From Mobula hypostoma (lineage: Eukaryota), in contig NC_086098.1 in the NCBI RefSeq assembly GCF_963921235.1, forward strand, positions 4,588,001 through 4,652,000: a DNA stretch of 64,000 nt, given 5' to 3'. The notes below the pieces were generated by a model, which saw nothing but the letters and a program-made list of their open reading frames with translations, did no database searches and had not been told where the DNA came from. Of this stretch, positions 23,987-35,708 are shown one piece after another. The position numbers and the translations under genes were made by a program. How positions within the stretch are numbered: the first letter of the stretch is position 1; the number at the start of each line of letters is the position of its first letter.

Positions 23987-24900
23987 TATTGAGTAGATGT
24001 ACCTCATAAAGTAGCCACCAAGTCTGTCTTGAAAACAGCTTATACCCAATGGCCATCTTCTGCTCTGAAAAATGTATTCCTTGTCGATTCATTCTATTCA
24101 AATGTGTGTGTGAGAGTGAGAGAATGAATGAGAATACGACGATGATGATGATCCTGGTAACAAAAGCTTCCAGTTTTCATTTCAGATTTATGAAATGCTC
24201 CTTATAGTGCAGTGCAAAATAATGGCTGGTAACAAATAGTCATAATCTGCTGTAAGAGTTGTATGAATTCCTTGTAGAGTCATCCTGTTCAAATGACAGA
24301 GCCACAGGGGAATAAAACAGTCATTTGCCAATGCTGGATAAGGGTGCTTAAATACACGAGATGATTTGTACATTACGATGATGTTGAATAATTTATGGCC
24401 TTGGATTTGCAGTGTGTCATCTTATTTCTACCTGACTCATTTAGTGACACAGTGAGTCTGGTGAGGTGGAGGAATGAGGCAGGAGCTGTTACATTGGCTT
24501 TATCTGTTGTGTAGTGTGCAAGTGTTTGAAACAGAGCATCAGCAATGCTTGTGGGTCTCATCGTTTGGCTAATATTCACTAAATCATTCTTGCATTGTGG
24601 AAGGAACCAGATTAAAAATTGCAACTTTGGCTGTAATATATTTAGCCACAGGCAGAGGACTTGAGCCAATAACAAGATCAGTTCCCAAGGAGATTTAATA
24701 CTTTGTTCAAAACTGCTCTCCATTAGTTGCAAGTGTCATATCCTAGCTGTATAAGTCTGTATTTCTCCATGTTCAGTGTGTGAACCCCATCGTTGGTCTG
24801 TGTAGTGTATTTAATATTTCAGTAATATTGTAAATATATTGTTGTTTGCATTACATATAACCCATAATGATTAAAAGTACATGAATGTCATACGTCATGT

Positions 24901-25188
24901 GCGGCACGGTAGTGTAATGGTTAGCACAATGTTTTACAGTACTAGTGACCAGGGTTCAATTCCCGCTGCTCGCTGTAAGGAGTTTGTACATTCTCCCCGT
25001 GACTGCGCGGGTTTCCTCCGGGTGCTCCAGTTCTCTGGTTTCCTCCACAGTCCAAAGCCATACAGGGTAGTTGGTTAATTTGTCGTTGTAAATTGTCCTC
25101 TAATTAGGTGAGGGTTAAATTGGTGGGTTCCTGGGCGGTGCGGCTCGAAGGGCTGAAAGGGCCTGTTCTGAACAAATAAACAAACAAA
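24901..25188 (+). mobile_element. tRNA-derived V-SINE (HE1-like)
   Basis: A box TAGTGTAATGG, B box GGTTCAATTCC, V-domain GGTTTCCTCCGGGTGCTCCAG, CR1-like tail ending (AAAC)n. Confidence 0.85.
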
Positions 25189-25289
25189 TGACACCACCTT
25201 GTCATGTGTGTGTGTGCCTCATTAAAGTAGAAACTAAGTGCACATGCATCCCCCACTTCCATGATTTTCTTTGGAATAGTTTCTGGAAT

Positions 25290-25625
25290 GGGTGGTGGGG
25301 TGGAGATGTGCCTCTACCAAGGGAGGTGTAAGGTGCATCTGCTCAGCCCCAACACCATCAATCAGGGTCACGTGAAGCCATGGGAACAGGCGGCGGACGG
25401 TCATCTGAGCAGCTGGAGCAGAACACAAGTCCTGGTTATGTGACCGCTGACACCAGGCGGGCAATCTCTGAAGAGTATTGATAATGGCTGGGTCATCCAT
25501 CTTGTAAAGACGCTGCCCAGAAGAAGGCAATGGTAAGCTACTTCTGGAGAAATATTTTCCAAGAACACTCATGGTCATGAGACCATGATTGCCCATGTCA
25601 CAGGACACGGCACGTAATGATGACG
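25290..25625 (+). mobile_element. RTE-related SINE-like element
   Basis: Contains GAAGAAGGCAATGGTAAGCTACTTCTG, resembling the RTE/BovB 5' UTR motif; (ATG)n tail. Confidence 0.7.
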
Positions 25626-25734
25626 CGTTTCTGGAGTTACAAAGCTCAGAAATTATTCAAAACTCCAGAACCTTCCTTTTAATCTGACAGGTCTCCTCTG
25701 TCAGATTAACTTCAGCTTGAGCGGAAATTATAAC

Positions 25735-25855
25735 CACAAGGAACTCTACAGATGCTGGAAATCCAAAGTAACACACTCAAAATGTTGGAGGTCAAGCAAC
25801 GTCTATGGAAATAACAAACAGTTGACGTTTCGGGCCGAGATCCTTCATCAGGAAA
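25735..25855 (-). mobile_element. Penelope pLTR fragment with an intact hammerhead core
   Basis: Minus strand 25819-25853 reads TC-CTGATGA-AGGATCTCGGCCC-GAAA-CG-TC-AACTG. Confidence 0.7.
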
Positions 25856-26197
25856 ATTATGTTGTCAGTCTGTTTCTGTCTTGTTTTGGTGGTCCTTGCT
25901 GCAAAATTGAATTGCATCAAACTTCTGCCAAATATCCTCCCTACTTATGACAACACAAAATGTAAAAATAAATAATTCAAAGAGAGAACAAAGCAGTGAG
26001 TACATTGTCCATTCACAACTCCGATGGTGGAGGGGGAAGGAGCTGTCCCTGAACGCAATCAGTCCCGTGGTAGGAGGGGTGATGTTCCATTCTCATTTCC
26101 CAGTAACACTGCACTATGTTACCCAGCTCCCCATACACTCCCCTTCCCAGTCTTCCGTCTTACACAGCTACTTCTGAAATTAACTGTAAACTTCAGG

Positions 26198-26785
26198 ATT
26201 TCAAGATTCAACACTCAAAATTGACTGATGTCATTTCCAGTACACAAGTGTAAAGGAAAACAAAATAATTGTTACTCCAAATCCAATGGAGTACAAAAAA
26301 AACAGTATAGGATAAAGAACAAAATAATTTTAAAATCATAAATATAAATCATAAACATTAAATGTAAATCATAAATTGATATCTTATATAAATATAAGAT
26401 AACTTATATACATTGTTTGTGTGTCCATAAAGTGACACTAGACACAGGAGTGTCTGAACATAAGGTGAATCTGACAGGAAATGAAGAAGTCATGGTTGGG
26501 GAGGGGTGGGGTGAGTTGGTGGTGGATGTGTCAATCAGCCTGACTGTTTGGGGAAAGGAACTATTTGAGCCTTTTCTGGCACCTTTTTATATACCAGTCA
26601 TCAAGGACAGACATGTCCCAGTGCTGTGGTGCGTTGGGCAGCTTTGACTGCACATTGTAGAGTTTACCTGTCAGCCGCAGTGTAGCTTCCGTAGCACACA
26701 GTGATGCAGCTTGTTAGGATGCTCTCTACTGAGCGTCTGTAGGATGTGTATAGTCCCGCTCCTCCTCAGCCTCCTCAGGAATGGG
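26198..26785 (-). mobile_element. Rex1/Babar-like 3' fragment
   Basis: FLRRLRRSG..IL remnant in ORF 26671-26910; tail shared with 680-1100. Confidence 0.7.
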
Positions 26786-26789
26786 GGGC

Positions 26790-27670
26790 TTGGTCCACCA
26801 AGCAGACCTTCCCCTCCCCCCCCACTTCCTGCTTTCGCAGGGATCGCTCCATGCTCAACTCCCTTGTCCATTCGTCCCTCCCCACTGATCTCCTCCTGTG
26901 AGCAGAACAAGTGCTACACCTCCTCCCTCACTACCATTCAGGGCCCTAAACAGTCCTTCCAGGTGAGGCATCCCTTCACCTGTGAGTCTGTTGGGGTCAC
27001 TTATTGTGTTTGGTGCTCCCAGTGTGGCTTCCTGTATATCAGTGAGACCCAACATAGATTGGGAGATCACTTTGCTGAGTATCTACGTTCTGTCCACCAG
27101 AACAAGCAGGATCTCCCAGTGGCCACCCATTTTAATTCCACTTCCCATTCCCATTCTCATTCCAATATCTCCATCCATGGCCTCCTCCACTGTTGTGATG
27201 AGGCCACACTTGGGTTGGAGGAGCAACACCTTATAGTCCGTTTGGGTAGCCTCCAACCTGATGGCATGAACATTGATTTCTCAAACATCCGGTAACGGCC
27301 CCCCCTTCACCATTTCCCATTCCCTTTTCCCTCTCTCACCTTATCTCCTTCCCACCCATTGCCTCCCTCTGGTGCTCCGTCCCCCTTTTCATTCTTCCAT
27401 GGCCTTCTGTCTCTTTCCCCAATCAAGTTGCCAGTTCTTTACTTCATCCCTTCCCCTCCAGGGTTTCACCTATTACCTTGTATTTCTCCCCCCGCCCACC
27501 ACCTTTTAAATCTGCTCCTCAGCTTTTTTTCTCCAGTCCTGCTGAAGGGTTTCAGTCCTAAACATCAACTGTACTTTTTCTCATAGATGCTCCCTGGCCT
27601 GCTGAGTTACTCTAGTGTGTGTTGTGTGTGTTGCTTGGATTTCCAGCATCTGCAGATTTTCTCTGGTTTG
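26790..27670 (+). mobile_element. Penelope-like element 3' part (GIY-YIG endonuclease and pLTR)
   Basis: ORF 26711-27295: FTCES.GVTYCVWCSQCGFLYISET..RL.DHF..PVATHFN..LEEQHLI.RLGSLQPDGMN; degenerate hammerhead near 27535-27570. Confidence 0.9.
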
Positions 27671-27864
27671 CAACCTATTTCTTTTCCCCTTTCAATGCTC
27701 CCAACCATCAGGTTCCCGACTCAGCGTGGATAACTTCACTCACCGCAATAAGCTCATTATCTGATCAATAAGCTCTGAGACCTAGGGTTCACCAGCTACT
27801 GCATCCTCGATTTCTCTCAAACACTATATTCTGCATTCTGTTTTCTTTTTCTTTTTGAATCATT

Positions 27865-28600
27865 CAATACTCGGTGTTCAATACCATTATCCCCTCAAAA
27901 ATAATCAATAAGCTTCAAGACCTTTGTCTCAATACCTCCTTGCCGCCTTTTGGAGATGTCCTCAATGCTGGGAGGCTAGTGGCCATGATGGAGCTGGCAG
28001 TGTTTACGACTTTCTGCACCTTTTTCCAGTCCTGTACAGTGGCCCCTCCATAACAGACAGTTTATTGATTATTGACCACGGGAGGAGGAAACCAGAGATC
28101 CTCATTGGAGGATCAGAAGTGGAGAGTGTCAGCAACCTTAAATTCCACATTGTTATCATTCGAAAGTATCTGTGCTGTAAGTGTCATTACTAAAGAAAGC
28201 ACGGGAGCTCCTCTACTTTCTTCGAAGTTTGCGAAGATTTGGCATATCAGCTCAAACTCTGACAATCTTCCATAGATGTCTGATGGACAGTATCCTGACT
28301 GGTCACATTATGGCCTGGTATGGAAATACTAATGCCCTTCGAGGGAAAATCTTACGAAAAGAAGTGGATATGGCCCAATCCATCACAGGTAATAGTCCTC
28401 CTCACCATTAAGCACATCTACAAGGAGTGCCCAGGAAAGCAGCATCCATCATCAGGGAGCCCCACCACCCAGGCCATGCTCTCTTCTCACTGCTGCCATC
28501 AGGAAGGAGATACAGGAGCCTCAGGTCCCACACCATCAGGTTCAGGAACAGTTATTGCCCCTCAAACATCAGGGTCTTAAACCAGTGAGGAGAACTTTAC
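27865..28600 (+). mobile_element. Rex1/Babar-like decayed fragment
   Basis: LYFLRSLRRFG..ILTGHIMAWYGN (ORF 28181-28411). Confidence 0.8.
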
Positions 28601-28919
28601 ACAGGCTCCAACTTAGCATGCCCACAACTTACTAACCCTAACCTGTACATTTCGTGGGAGGAGACGGGAGCAAGAAGGAAATTCATGCAGTCATTACAAA
28701 CTCCGTACAGGCAGCAGAGGGAATTGAACCTTGATCACTGATCGCTGGCTCTACCACTGGGTCATCCAGAAAGTTATTATTTTCATCTTCTGTTACAGAG
28801 GCATAGATTGTCAGCTCCCATGAGCAAATGTATGGCTTCAATGTGCCTGTCAATATAATTTGATGGCAAACTAGTGATTTCAGGCAATGAAGAAAGCATT
28901 GTGCAGAGGGTGTACCTTA

Positions 28920-29360
28920 TGGATTGCAGGGTATACCTCATGAGAATAGGATGAGTGAACTCGGCCTTTTCTCCTTGGAACGACAGAGGATGAGAGGTGA
29001 CCAGACAAAGGTGTATAAGATAATGAGGGGGATTGATCATGTGGATAGCCAGAGTCTTTTTCTGAGGGCTGAAATGGTTAACATGAGGGGGCATAGCTTT
29101 AAGGTGCTTGGAAATAAGTACTGAGGGGATGTCATGGGCAAGTTTTTCACACAGAGTGGTGGGTGTGTGGAATGCACTGCTGGTGGCGGTGGTGGAAGCA
29201 GATACAATGGGGTCTTTTAAGAGCCTCTTGGATGGGTACATGTAGCTTAGAAAAATAGAGGGCTATGCGCTAGGGAAATTCTAGTGTAGGTTACATGATC
29301 GATGCAACGTTGTGGGCTGAAGGGCCTGTAATGTGCTGTAGATCTCTATGTTCTATGTTC
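28920..29360 (+). mobile_element. CR1 3' end
   Basis: ORF 28924-29124 (LGLFSLERQRMRGD..VYKIMRG); TCTATGT tail. Confidence 0.9.
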
Positions 29361-29409
29361 ATATCAGCTCCCGTTTGAGTGGCGTCTTGGGGATCCACTC
29401 AAATTTGCC

Positions 29410-30640
29410 TCCTGAAACAACAGGTCCACAGCAGATGTTACTTCATTGACTCTTCACACAACCCTGGAACATCTGGACAGCAGAAGTGCATACTTCAGGA
29501 GGCATTTAACACCATAATTCCTCTAAACTATCAGTAAACTCCTACACCTGGGCCTCAATACCCTCTCGTGCCTTTGGATTCTGATTTCCTTACTTGTGCA
29601 CCCCAGTTAGTCTGGGTTGGGAAAACCATCTCCCCCACAACCTCCATCAGCACAGCAGCACTGTAGGGATGTGCGCTTATCCCCCTGCTCTACTCACTCT
29701 ACACACTAGGACTCTGTGGCTAAGCACAGCTCCAACATCATGTACAAGTTTGCTGATGACACCACTGTTGAGGGCTATTTCAAAGGTGATGATGAATCAG
29801 CATACAGAAGGGAGATTGAAAATTTGACTGAGTGGTGTAATAACAATAACTCAATGTCAATAAGACCAAGGAACTGATTGTAGACTTCAGGAGAGGGAAA
29901 CCAAAGGTCCATGAGCCAGTACCCATTGGAGGATCAGAGGTAGAGAGGGTCAGTAACTTTATATTCTTGGGTGTCACTATCTCAGAGGACCTGTCCTGGA
30001 CCCATCATATAAATATAATTATGTAGAAAGCACAACAGCATCTCTACTTCCTCAGGAGTCTGGAGAGATTTGGCATGTCATCAAAAACCTCGGCAAACTT
30101 CTATGGATCTGTGGTGGAAAGTGTGCTGATCGGCTGCATTATGGCCTGGTATGGGAACACCAATGCCTTTGAGTGGAAAATCCTACAAAAAGTAGCAGAT
30201 TCAACCCAGTACATCACGGGTAGAACCCTCCCGACTATTGAGAATATCTACATGAAACGTTGCTGTAGAAAATCAGCATCCATCATCAAAGATCCTCACC
30301 ACCCAGGCCATGCTCCTTTCTCGCTGCTGCCATCAGGTAGAAGGTACAAGAGCCTCAGGACTCACACCACCAGGTTCAAGAACAGTTACTACACCTCAAT
30401 CATCAGGCTTTTGAACAAAACTACACTTATTTAAGGACACTTTTATCTTGTTATTTCAAGCTCGTTTTGTATTGGTATTTATTTATATCTGCATTTGCAC
30501 AGTTTGTCCACAGTTCCAGATGTTTACAGTTTACAGTTACTGTTCTACAGATTTGCTAAGTGTGCCCGCAGAAAAAGAATCTGAGGGTTGTATGTAGTGA
30601 TGTGTATGTACTCTGATAATAAATTTTACTTTGAACTTCA
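29410..30640 (+). mobile_element. Rex1/Babar-like LINE, decayed RT half plus tail
   Basis: YKFADDTT near 29742; ORF 30075-30434 (ESVLIGCIMAWYGN..LPSGRRY); AATAAA and TTTGAAC tail. Confidence 0.85.
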
Positions 30641-30811
30641 AACATGTTGTAAAAGTTACGCTTAAGAAATAATTGAAAAGCCAGGAATTGCGTTTACAAA
30701 ATCCAAGTTTTTTTCTCAAGATATATATAAAGTTTTAAAATCTGCAGATGTTGGAAATCTGAAATAAAATTAGAAGAGTCAGAAGGCCAGGCAGCATCAG
30801 TGGGAAGAGAT

Positions 30812-31312
30812 TTATTAGGGTCAAGCATTGATGTTGCGCCCCAACTGTCTACATGACACGCAGGCCAGTAAGTAAGTCAGGGTACCTTGGTTTTAGAGCA
30901 AGCTTTTGCCATTGCAGCAGGCCCTCCCTCTCCATGCAGTTGATCAATCCAGCCTAGACCGAAACAGTTTGGCACAAGCAGATTTACAGAAGTTGCCAGT
31001 CAGTGTAGAACTCAATGTAGGACCGTCTTAAGGATCCAGCTCCAGAATTTTCATCCGGCTTTACTCCTGAAGCCTTCCCCATGAGTGGGCATGGCTACGA
31101 TGCAGCAAAGGTTTGAGATCAGAGCTTTCCTTGCCTAGCTGAGCTGCCGACAAGCTCCATCTACCTGAAGTGTCAGTAACCACCTCTGCCCCTTCTCCTG
31201 AAACGGTTCAGCCAGGCTTAATAGCTAAGCCGCACGTGAAGGCCAGGAGTTGGATTTGGTTGTCAGAGGCTATTTGAGATGCATGCTATTGGGAGCATTT
31301 AATAGGTAATGG
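30812..31312 (-). mobile_element. Non-coding RTE-5'UTR-like non-autonomous element
   Basis: Minus strand contains AAGGAAAGCTCTGATCTCAAACC, resembling an RTE-clade 5' UTR motif, plus stem-loops; no ORF. Confidence 0.45.
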
Positions 31313-31321
31313 GAGCATTGG

Positions 31322-31482
31322 AAGTTAGATATGGCCCTTGTGGCTACAGGGGTCAGGGGGTATGGAGGGAAGGCTGGGTTCTGAGTTGGATGATCAGCCA
31401 TGATCATAATAAATGGCGGTGCAGGCTCGAAGGGCCGAATGGCCTACTCCTGCACCTATTTTCTATGTTTCTATGTTTCTAT
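31322..31482 (+). mobile_element. Young CR1 3' tail
   Basis: Near-identical to the ends of 21412-23986 and 35738-36175. Confidence 0.9.
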
Positions 31483-32059
31483 AACAACTGCAAGAAACCG
31501 GGAAGAGAGATCAGTTAATATTTCCATTTGAAAATAATCTTTGCCTTTAACTATTTTTTTTCTCTCTCTGAGTTCTGACGAAAAGTTTTAAGAATATTTT
31601 AAGACTAAGAATATTTGTTCTCCCATGGATCCTGCCAGACTTATTTCCAGCAACTTCTGTGTTTATTATCTTCCTCGGGAATCCGTCACAGTCACTATAA
31701 TTACTATCAGATACAAAACCTTCCAAGCATGGAAGAAACATTAAACCAGCCTCACAGGCAAGAATTTGAAGATTTGAAACCCAGTCATAGCCACTGATAT
31801 CTGGAGTTTTGGGAATTTACTGGCTGGCTGCTTTAGAAGAAACATTGTAACTTTAGAAACAAATGTATTTATTTGCGCACAGTGATTGGCATTACCTTCA
31901 GTGAGACAAGAATGGTCTTGAGTTATGTAACCAGAGTTACAAATGCAAAAAGATTTGATTCCCTTATAGGTTTTATATTGCCAAAGTAAAACACCACAAA
32001 CTTGGAAAGTGATACTGAGGCATCAGGTGTGAGGTCTTTGGTCTGACCCTGAGAGCACA

Positions 32060-32699
32060 GGGCTCCCCTCAGCAACGAGTACACCTCATTGGATACTGCT
32101 GGGGGTTAATGACAGGTGAGTGGCACAGCATCAGCAGCCAGGTGAGTGGCACGGAGGCCAGCTCTGAGACTCCGAGTCGGCAGGGAAGGGTAAAGTCTGG
32201 CAATGAGATAGTCATAGGGATCTGGATAGTTAGGGGGACAGGCAGGAGATTCTTTGGCCGCAAAGGGGACACCAGGATGGTGTGTTGCCTCCCGGGTGCT
32301 AGGGTCCAGGATGTATCAGAGCAGCAGCAGGATATCCTCAAGGGGGAAGGAGAGCAGCCAGAGGTTGTGGTGCAGATTGGCACCAATGACGTAGGCAGAA
32401 AAGGGGAAGATGTCCTACACAGTGAGCATATAGAAAACACAAAATATACTGTATTTTGGTGTGCAGATGCTGGGGTCAAAGCAACACTCACAACACGCTG
32501 GAGGAACTCAGCAGGTTGGGCAGCATCCGTGGAAACGGATCGACTGATCATTTCCAAGGATGCTGCCTGACCCGCTGAGTTCCTCCAGGGTGTTGTGAGT
32601 GAGTATATAGAGTTAGGAAACAGGCTGAAGAAATGGGCCTCCTAGGTTCTAATTTCGGATTACTCTCTGTGCCACGGGTAGGTAGGAATGGGGTGATAG
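32060..32699 (+). mobile_element. CR1 ORF1 (SGNH esterase) fragment with a Penelope foldback insert
   Basis: ORF 32109-32570: RMVCCLPGARVQDVSE..VVVQIGTND. Confidence 0.85.
32435..32597. mobile_element. Small foldback Penelope pLTR insert
   Basis: About 51-bp inverted arms (32485-32535 / 32551-32601); TSD AGTGAG(C/T)ATATAGA (32421-32434 / 32598-32611). Confidence 0.75.
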
Positions 32700-33064
32700 T
32701 GTGACAAAGTTGAAATCTGTTCAGTTTAGTTGCAAATACTTGTTCAAATAATTTTAAAAAGAATTAAAATAATTTATTTAATGTGAATAACATTTCACAT
32801 TGAGGAAAAAAAAGGATATTGCTTTAAAAACATACAAATGTGTTTTTGAAAATACTGAGAATCTGTGCAAGGTATTTGTTTACAGTATTGAACACTGAAT
32901 CTGCCGTTGACTTGTAAGGGCTTGCATTCAATCTTCAGCTGCATGCCTGCCAGAACGCCTGGAGAGTGGCAGTACACGCTGTACTCATTCACCATAAAAC
33001 GACTGATGCGTGAACGTTACAGCGTTTATGTTTCATTCCTCTCCCCTTTTCTGGGCTGCTGAGA
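32700..33064 (+). repeat. 5' LTR of the Gypsy element (3' boundary approximate)
   Basis: Aligns by eye to 45295-45472; followed by TTGGGTGTGCAGGTAG, a possible decayed PBS. Confidence 0.7.
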
Positions 33065-33300
33065 TTGGGTGTGCAGGTAGACCATCTCCTTGCCAGACTG
33101 AGTTCATTGCAGCCGTTTGTTAATTAGCTAGAGCAGCCGCAGAGTGAGGCAGTTGACTGAGGTGAGTGTGAGGCCGAGAACTGATGGAACAGTGTGTGGA
33201 CTTGAGACAGAATGAATGCTCGAGGCTGCAGAATCCAGTCAGCAGCAGGGAATCTTACAGTCACCACCATAACTCGCACCACTGCCAAGGGGAAGAGAAA

Positions 33301-34200
33301 ATGGACGTGCTTGGGAATCTCCAAGAAGAAATTAGTGAGAGGGTGTGTGAATTACCTAAAGACCATCTGATAGAACTCAGTAGCTTCCTTCTGCTCTCAG
33401 GAGAGGACATAGATAAGAAAACATGTCTGTCTCTCTTTTCCCTAATAAGTCACCATCTGGAAAGAGCGGAGCTGGGAAACCTGGAAAGGACAGTGGCACG
33501 TCTGAACTCCTGCAGGTTAGGGACAAGTTAAATGAGTTAGTGGTTGCTACAACTGCTGTGGCTGATGAAACGAAAGAAAAAAAAACAGGGAAATTACAGT
33601 AACCCATAGTTCAATACAGAAGCTAGCTCCTAACAAAATGAACTTGAGCGATCCACAATAGTTAGATCAGAGGGAAATTATCACATAGTCATAGCACAAA
33701 GACTTTAAAATATCTACTCAGGTTGGTGAGACCAGTCAGAAAGACAAGTTGTTGTTTTCTAGCCTTGTTCGCCAGATAGAAAGCACCCTAAATAGAGGGT
33801 GTCCAGAGGAGGAGATGGTCAATGCAGTGATCAGAGCGATTCTGCCTGGGCTCCAGTTGCACAGGTATCCTGAGGGTAAATCAGACTTGAACTTGCCTAC
33901 CCTGAGACAGATCCTTCACTCACCTTATCAGGGAAAAGGGGCAACTGAACTGTATAGACAGCTGGCAGCAGAAGCCCAACGCAGTACAGCGACATCACAA
34001 AGTTTCTTAAGACGTGTTCTTGATCTGAAGCAGAAAGTACTGTTTGCCTCACAGGAAGCGGAGCCTGGTCTGAAATATGATCCAGTTTTAATGCAGAGTA
34101 CAAACCGGTTTACGGAGTGGTTGTATTCAAAATTACCCTCAGCCATACCTTTTAGATCCCGAAACGCCAGATGAGGTACTATTCAGAGCAAATGAAGTGG
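33301..34200 (+). pseudogene. Gypsy gag remnant
   Basis: KDFKIS.QVGE..QKDKL.FSSL.RQIE..VIRAI.PGLQL...ATELYRQL..LDLKQKVLFASQE, resembling gag of fish Gypsy families; contains stops and frameshifts. Confidence 0.85.
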
Positions 34201-34399
34201 CGGAAAAATATAAACAGAAACTAGCTGGTCATCCCACACTGCCTTGTAGAAGGTTATTTACTGGGATGTCGAAGTGAAACAATATGGGTCAGGGTTTACA
34301 GGAGTGCATCATAAGCGAGCAGTGGAAAACTAGGCACATATCTGGAGTTAAACTGAAGGATGTTTTGGAGGCAGTAGAGACACCCGAGGCATTACAGCT

Positions 34400-35070
34400 G
34401 GTGGCACCCAATGGTGCAAGCTTGCCATATGTAAGATGGATGAGATCACTTCCAAATTAGCTTCACCTGGTGCAAAAGCATTCATCACACCGGTTCTGGT
34501 CCTGAAAGGCAGACCTCTACCCCATCCCATCATTGAATTCAACGTGATTGAACAGATTATCAAGGAGAGGGACAAAAGGGAACCCTTGTATGAAGCAGTA
34601 AGAGCTTCATTCCTGAGCCTTAAGAGAAGCAAAATCAAGGCCTTTATCGATCTGATCAGCATTGTGAATCCCTCTGAGTACCAAGTACAGACAACAAAGG
34701 GAGAGTTAACATACCAAAACAAACAACAACGCAAGATCAGTGCTATGTACAGTCTCCATTTTGTGAGGGAAGGCAAAATAATGCTCTTTAAACCAGAAGT
34801 GAACTCACAGTGGGTAGGAAGCCTTGAACTGCATGAAACACTCCAGAGGGTGCACATCCGTACATTGTTATTGATGTCCATGACAGAACAGACCATGACT
34901 CTGCTGCTGGACACCAAATAGAGGATGATATGGGTTAACTCGACTCTGATTTATGGGATCCCCCAGAAATGTGAGCCACCTAAATATATAACAGCAGCAG
35001 ATCGTGAAGCAAATGCTTCGAGAAGAAAGTCGCTCCTTTTCAAAATCAGACAATGACATTGGATGTATCA
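34400..35070 (+). pseudogene. Gypsy pol remnant (protease-RT linker up to DIGCI)
   Basis: PII.FNVIEQII; QMLREES.SFSKSDNDIGCI, resuming at about 39963. Confidence 0.7.
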
Positions 35071-35475
35071 TATAAACTCATATAAACTCTTCTCCCTCCT
35101 GCCATCTGGAAAAAGGCACCGAAGCATTCGGGCTCTCACGACCAGACTATGTAACAGTTTCTTCCCCCAAGCCATCAGACTCCTCAATACCCAGAGCCTG
35201 GCTTGACACCAACCTACTGCCCTCTACTGTGCCTATTGTCTTGTTTATTATTTATTGTAGTGCCTGCACTGTTTTGTGCACTTTATGCAGTCCTGGGTAG
35301 GTCTGTAGTCTAGTGTAGTTTTTGTGTTTTTTCTTACGTAGTTCAGTGTAGTTTTTGTATTGTTTCATGTAGCACCATGGTCCTGGAAAACGTTGTCTCA
35401 TTTTTACTGTGTTCTGTACCAGCAGTTATGGTTGAAATGGCAAAAAAAGTGACTTGACTTGACTTGACTCGATCA
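35071..35475 (+). mobile_element. Rex1/Babar-like 3' fragment inserted in Gypsy pol
   Basis: LLPSGKRHRSI..NSFFPQAIRLLN, (GACTT)n tail; TSD GGATGTATCA (35061-35070 / 35476-35485). Confidence 0.85.
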
Positions 35476-35708
35476 GGATGTATCAATGACACAGGAAACT
35501 GGGTGACAGTCCGGAAGAGGAAAGGGGCAGAGTACCCCCCGTGGCCATCATCCTCAACGACATGTCTATCACTTTGGATACTGTTGTGGGGGATGACCTA
35601 ACAGAGGAGAGTTACAGTGGTCGGGCCCCTGGCACTGAGTCTGCCTCTGTGACTCAGACGAGAAGGGGAAGAAGAGGCATTCAGTGGTGACAGGGGATTC
35701 ATTAGTTA

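Noticed and set aside
21793..24009. Plus-strand ORFs over the CR1 (also 47294-48965 and 43805-44083)
   Set aside because: Antisense shadows of CR1 ORF2.
23987..24101. Novel N-terminus making the CR1 ORF2 a domesticated gene
   Set aside because: These codons are flanking DNA beyond the 5' truncation point, the start is TTG, and the endonuclease is incomplete.
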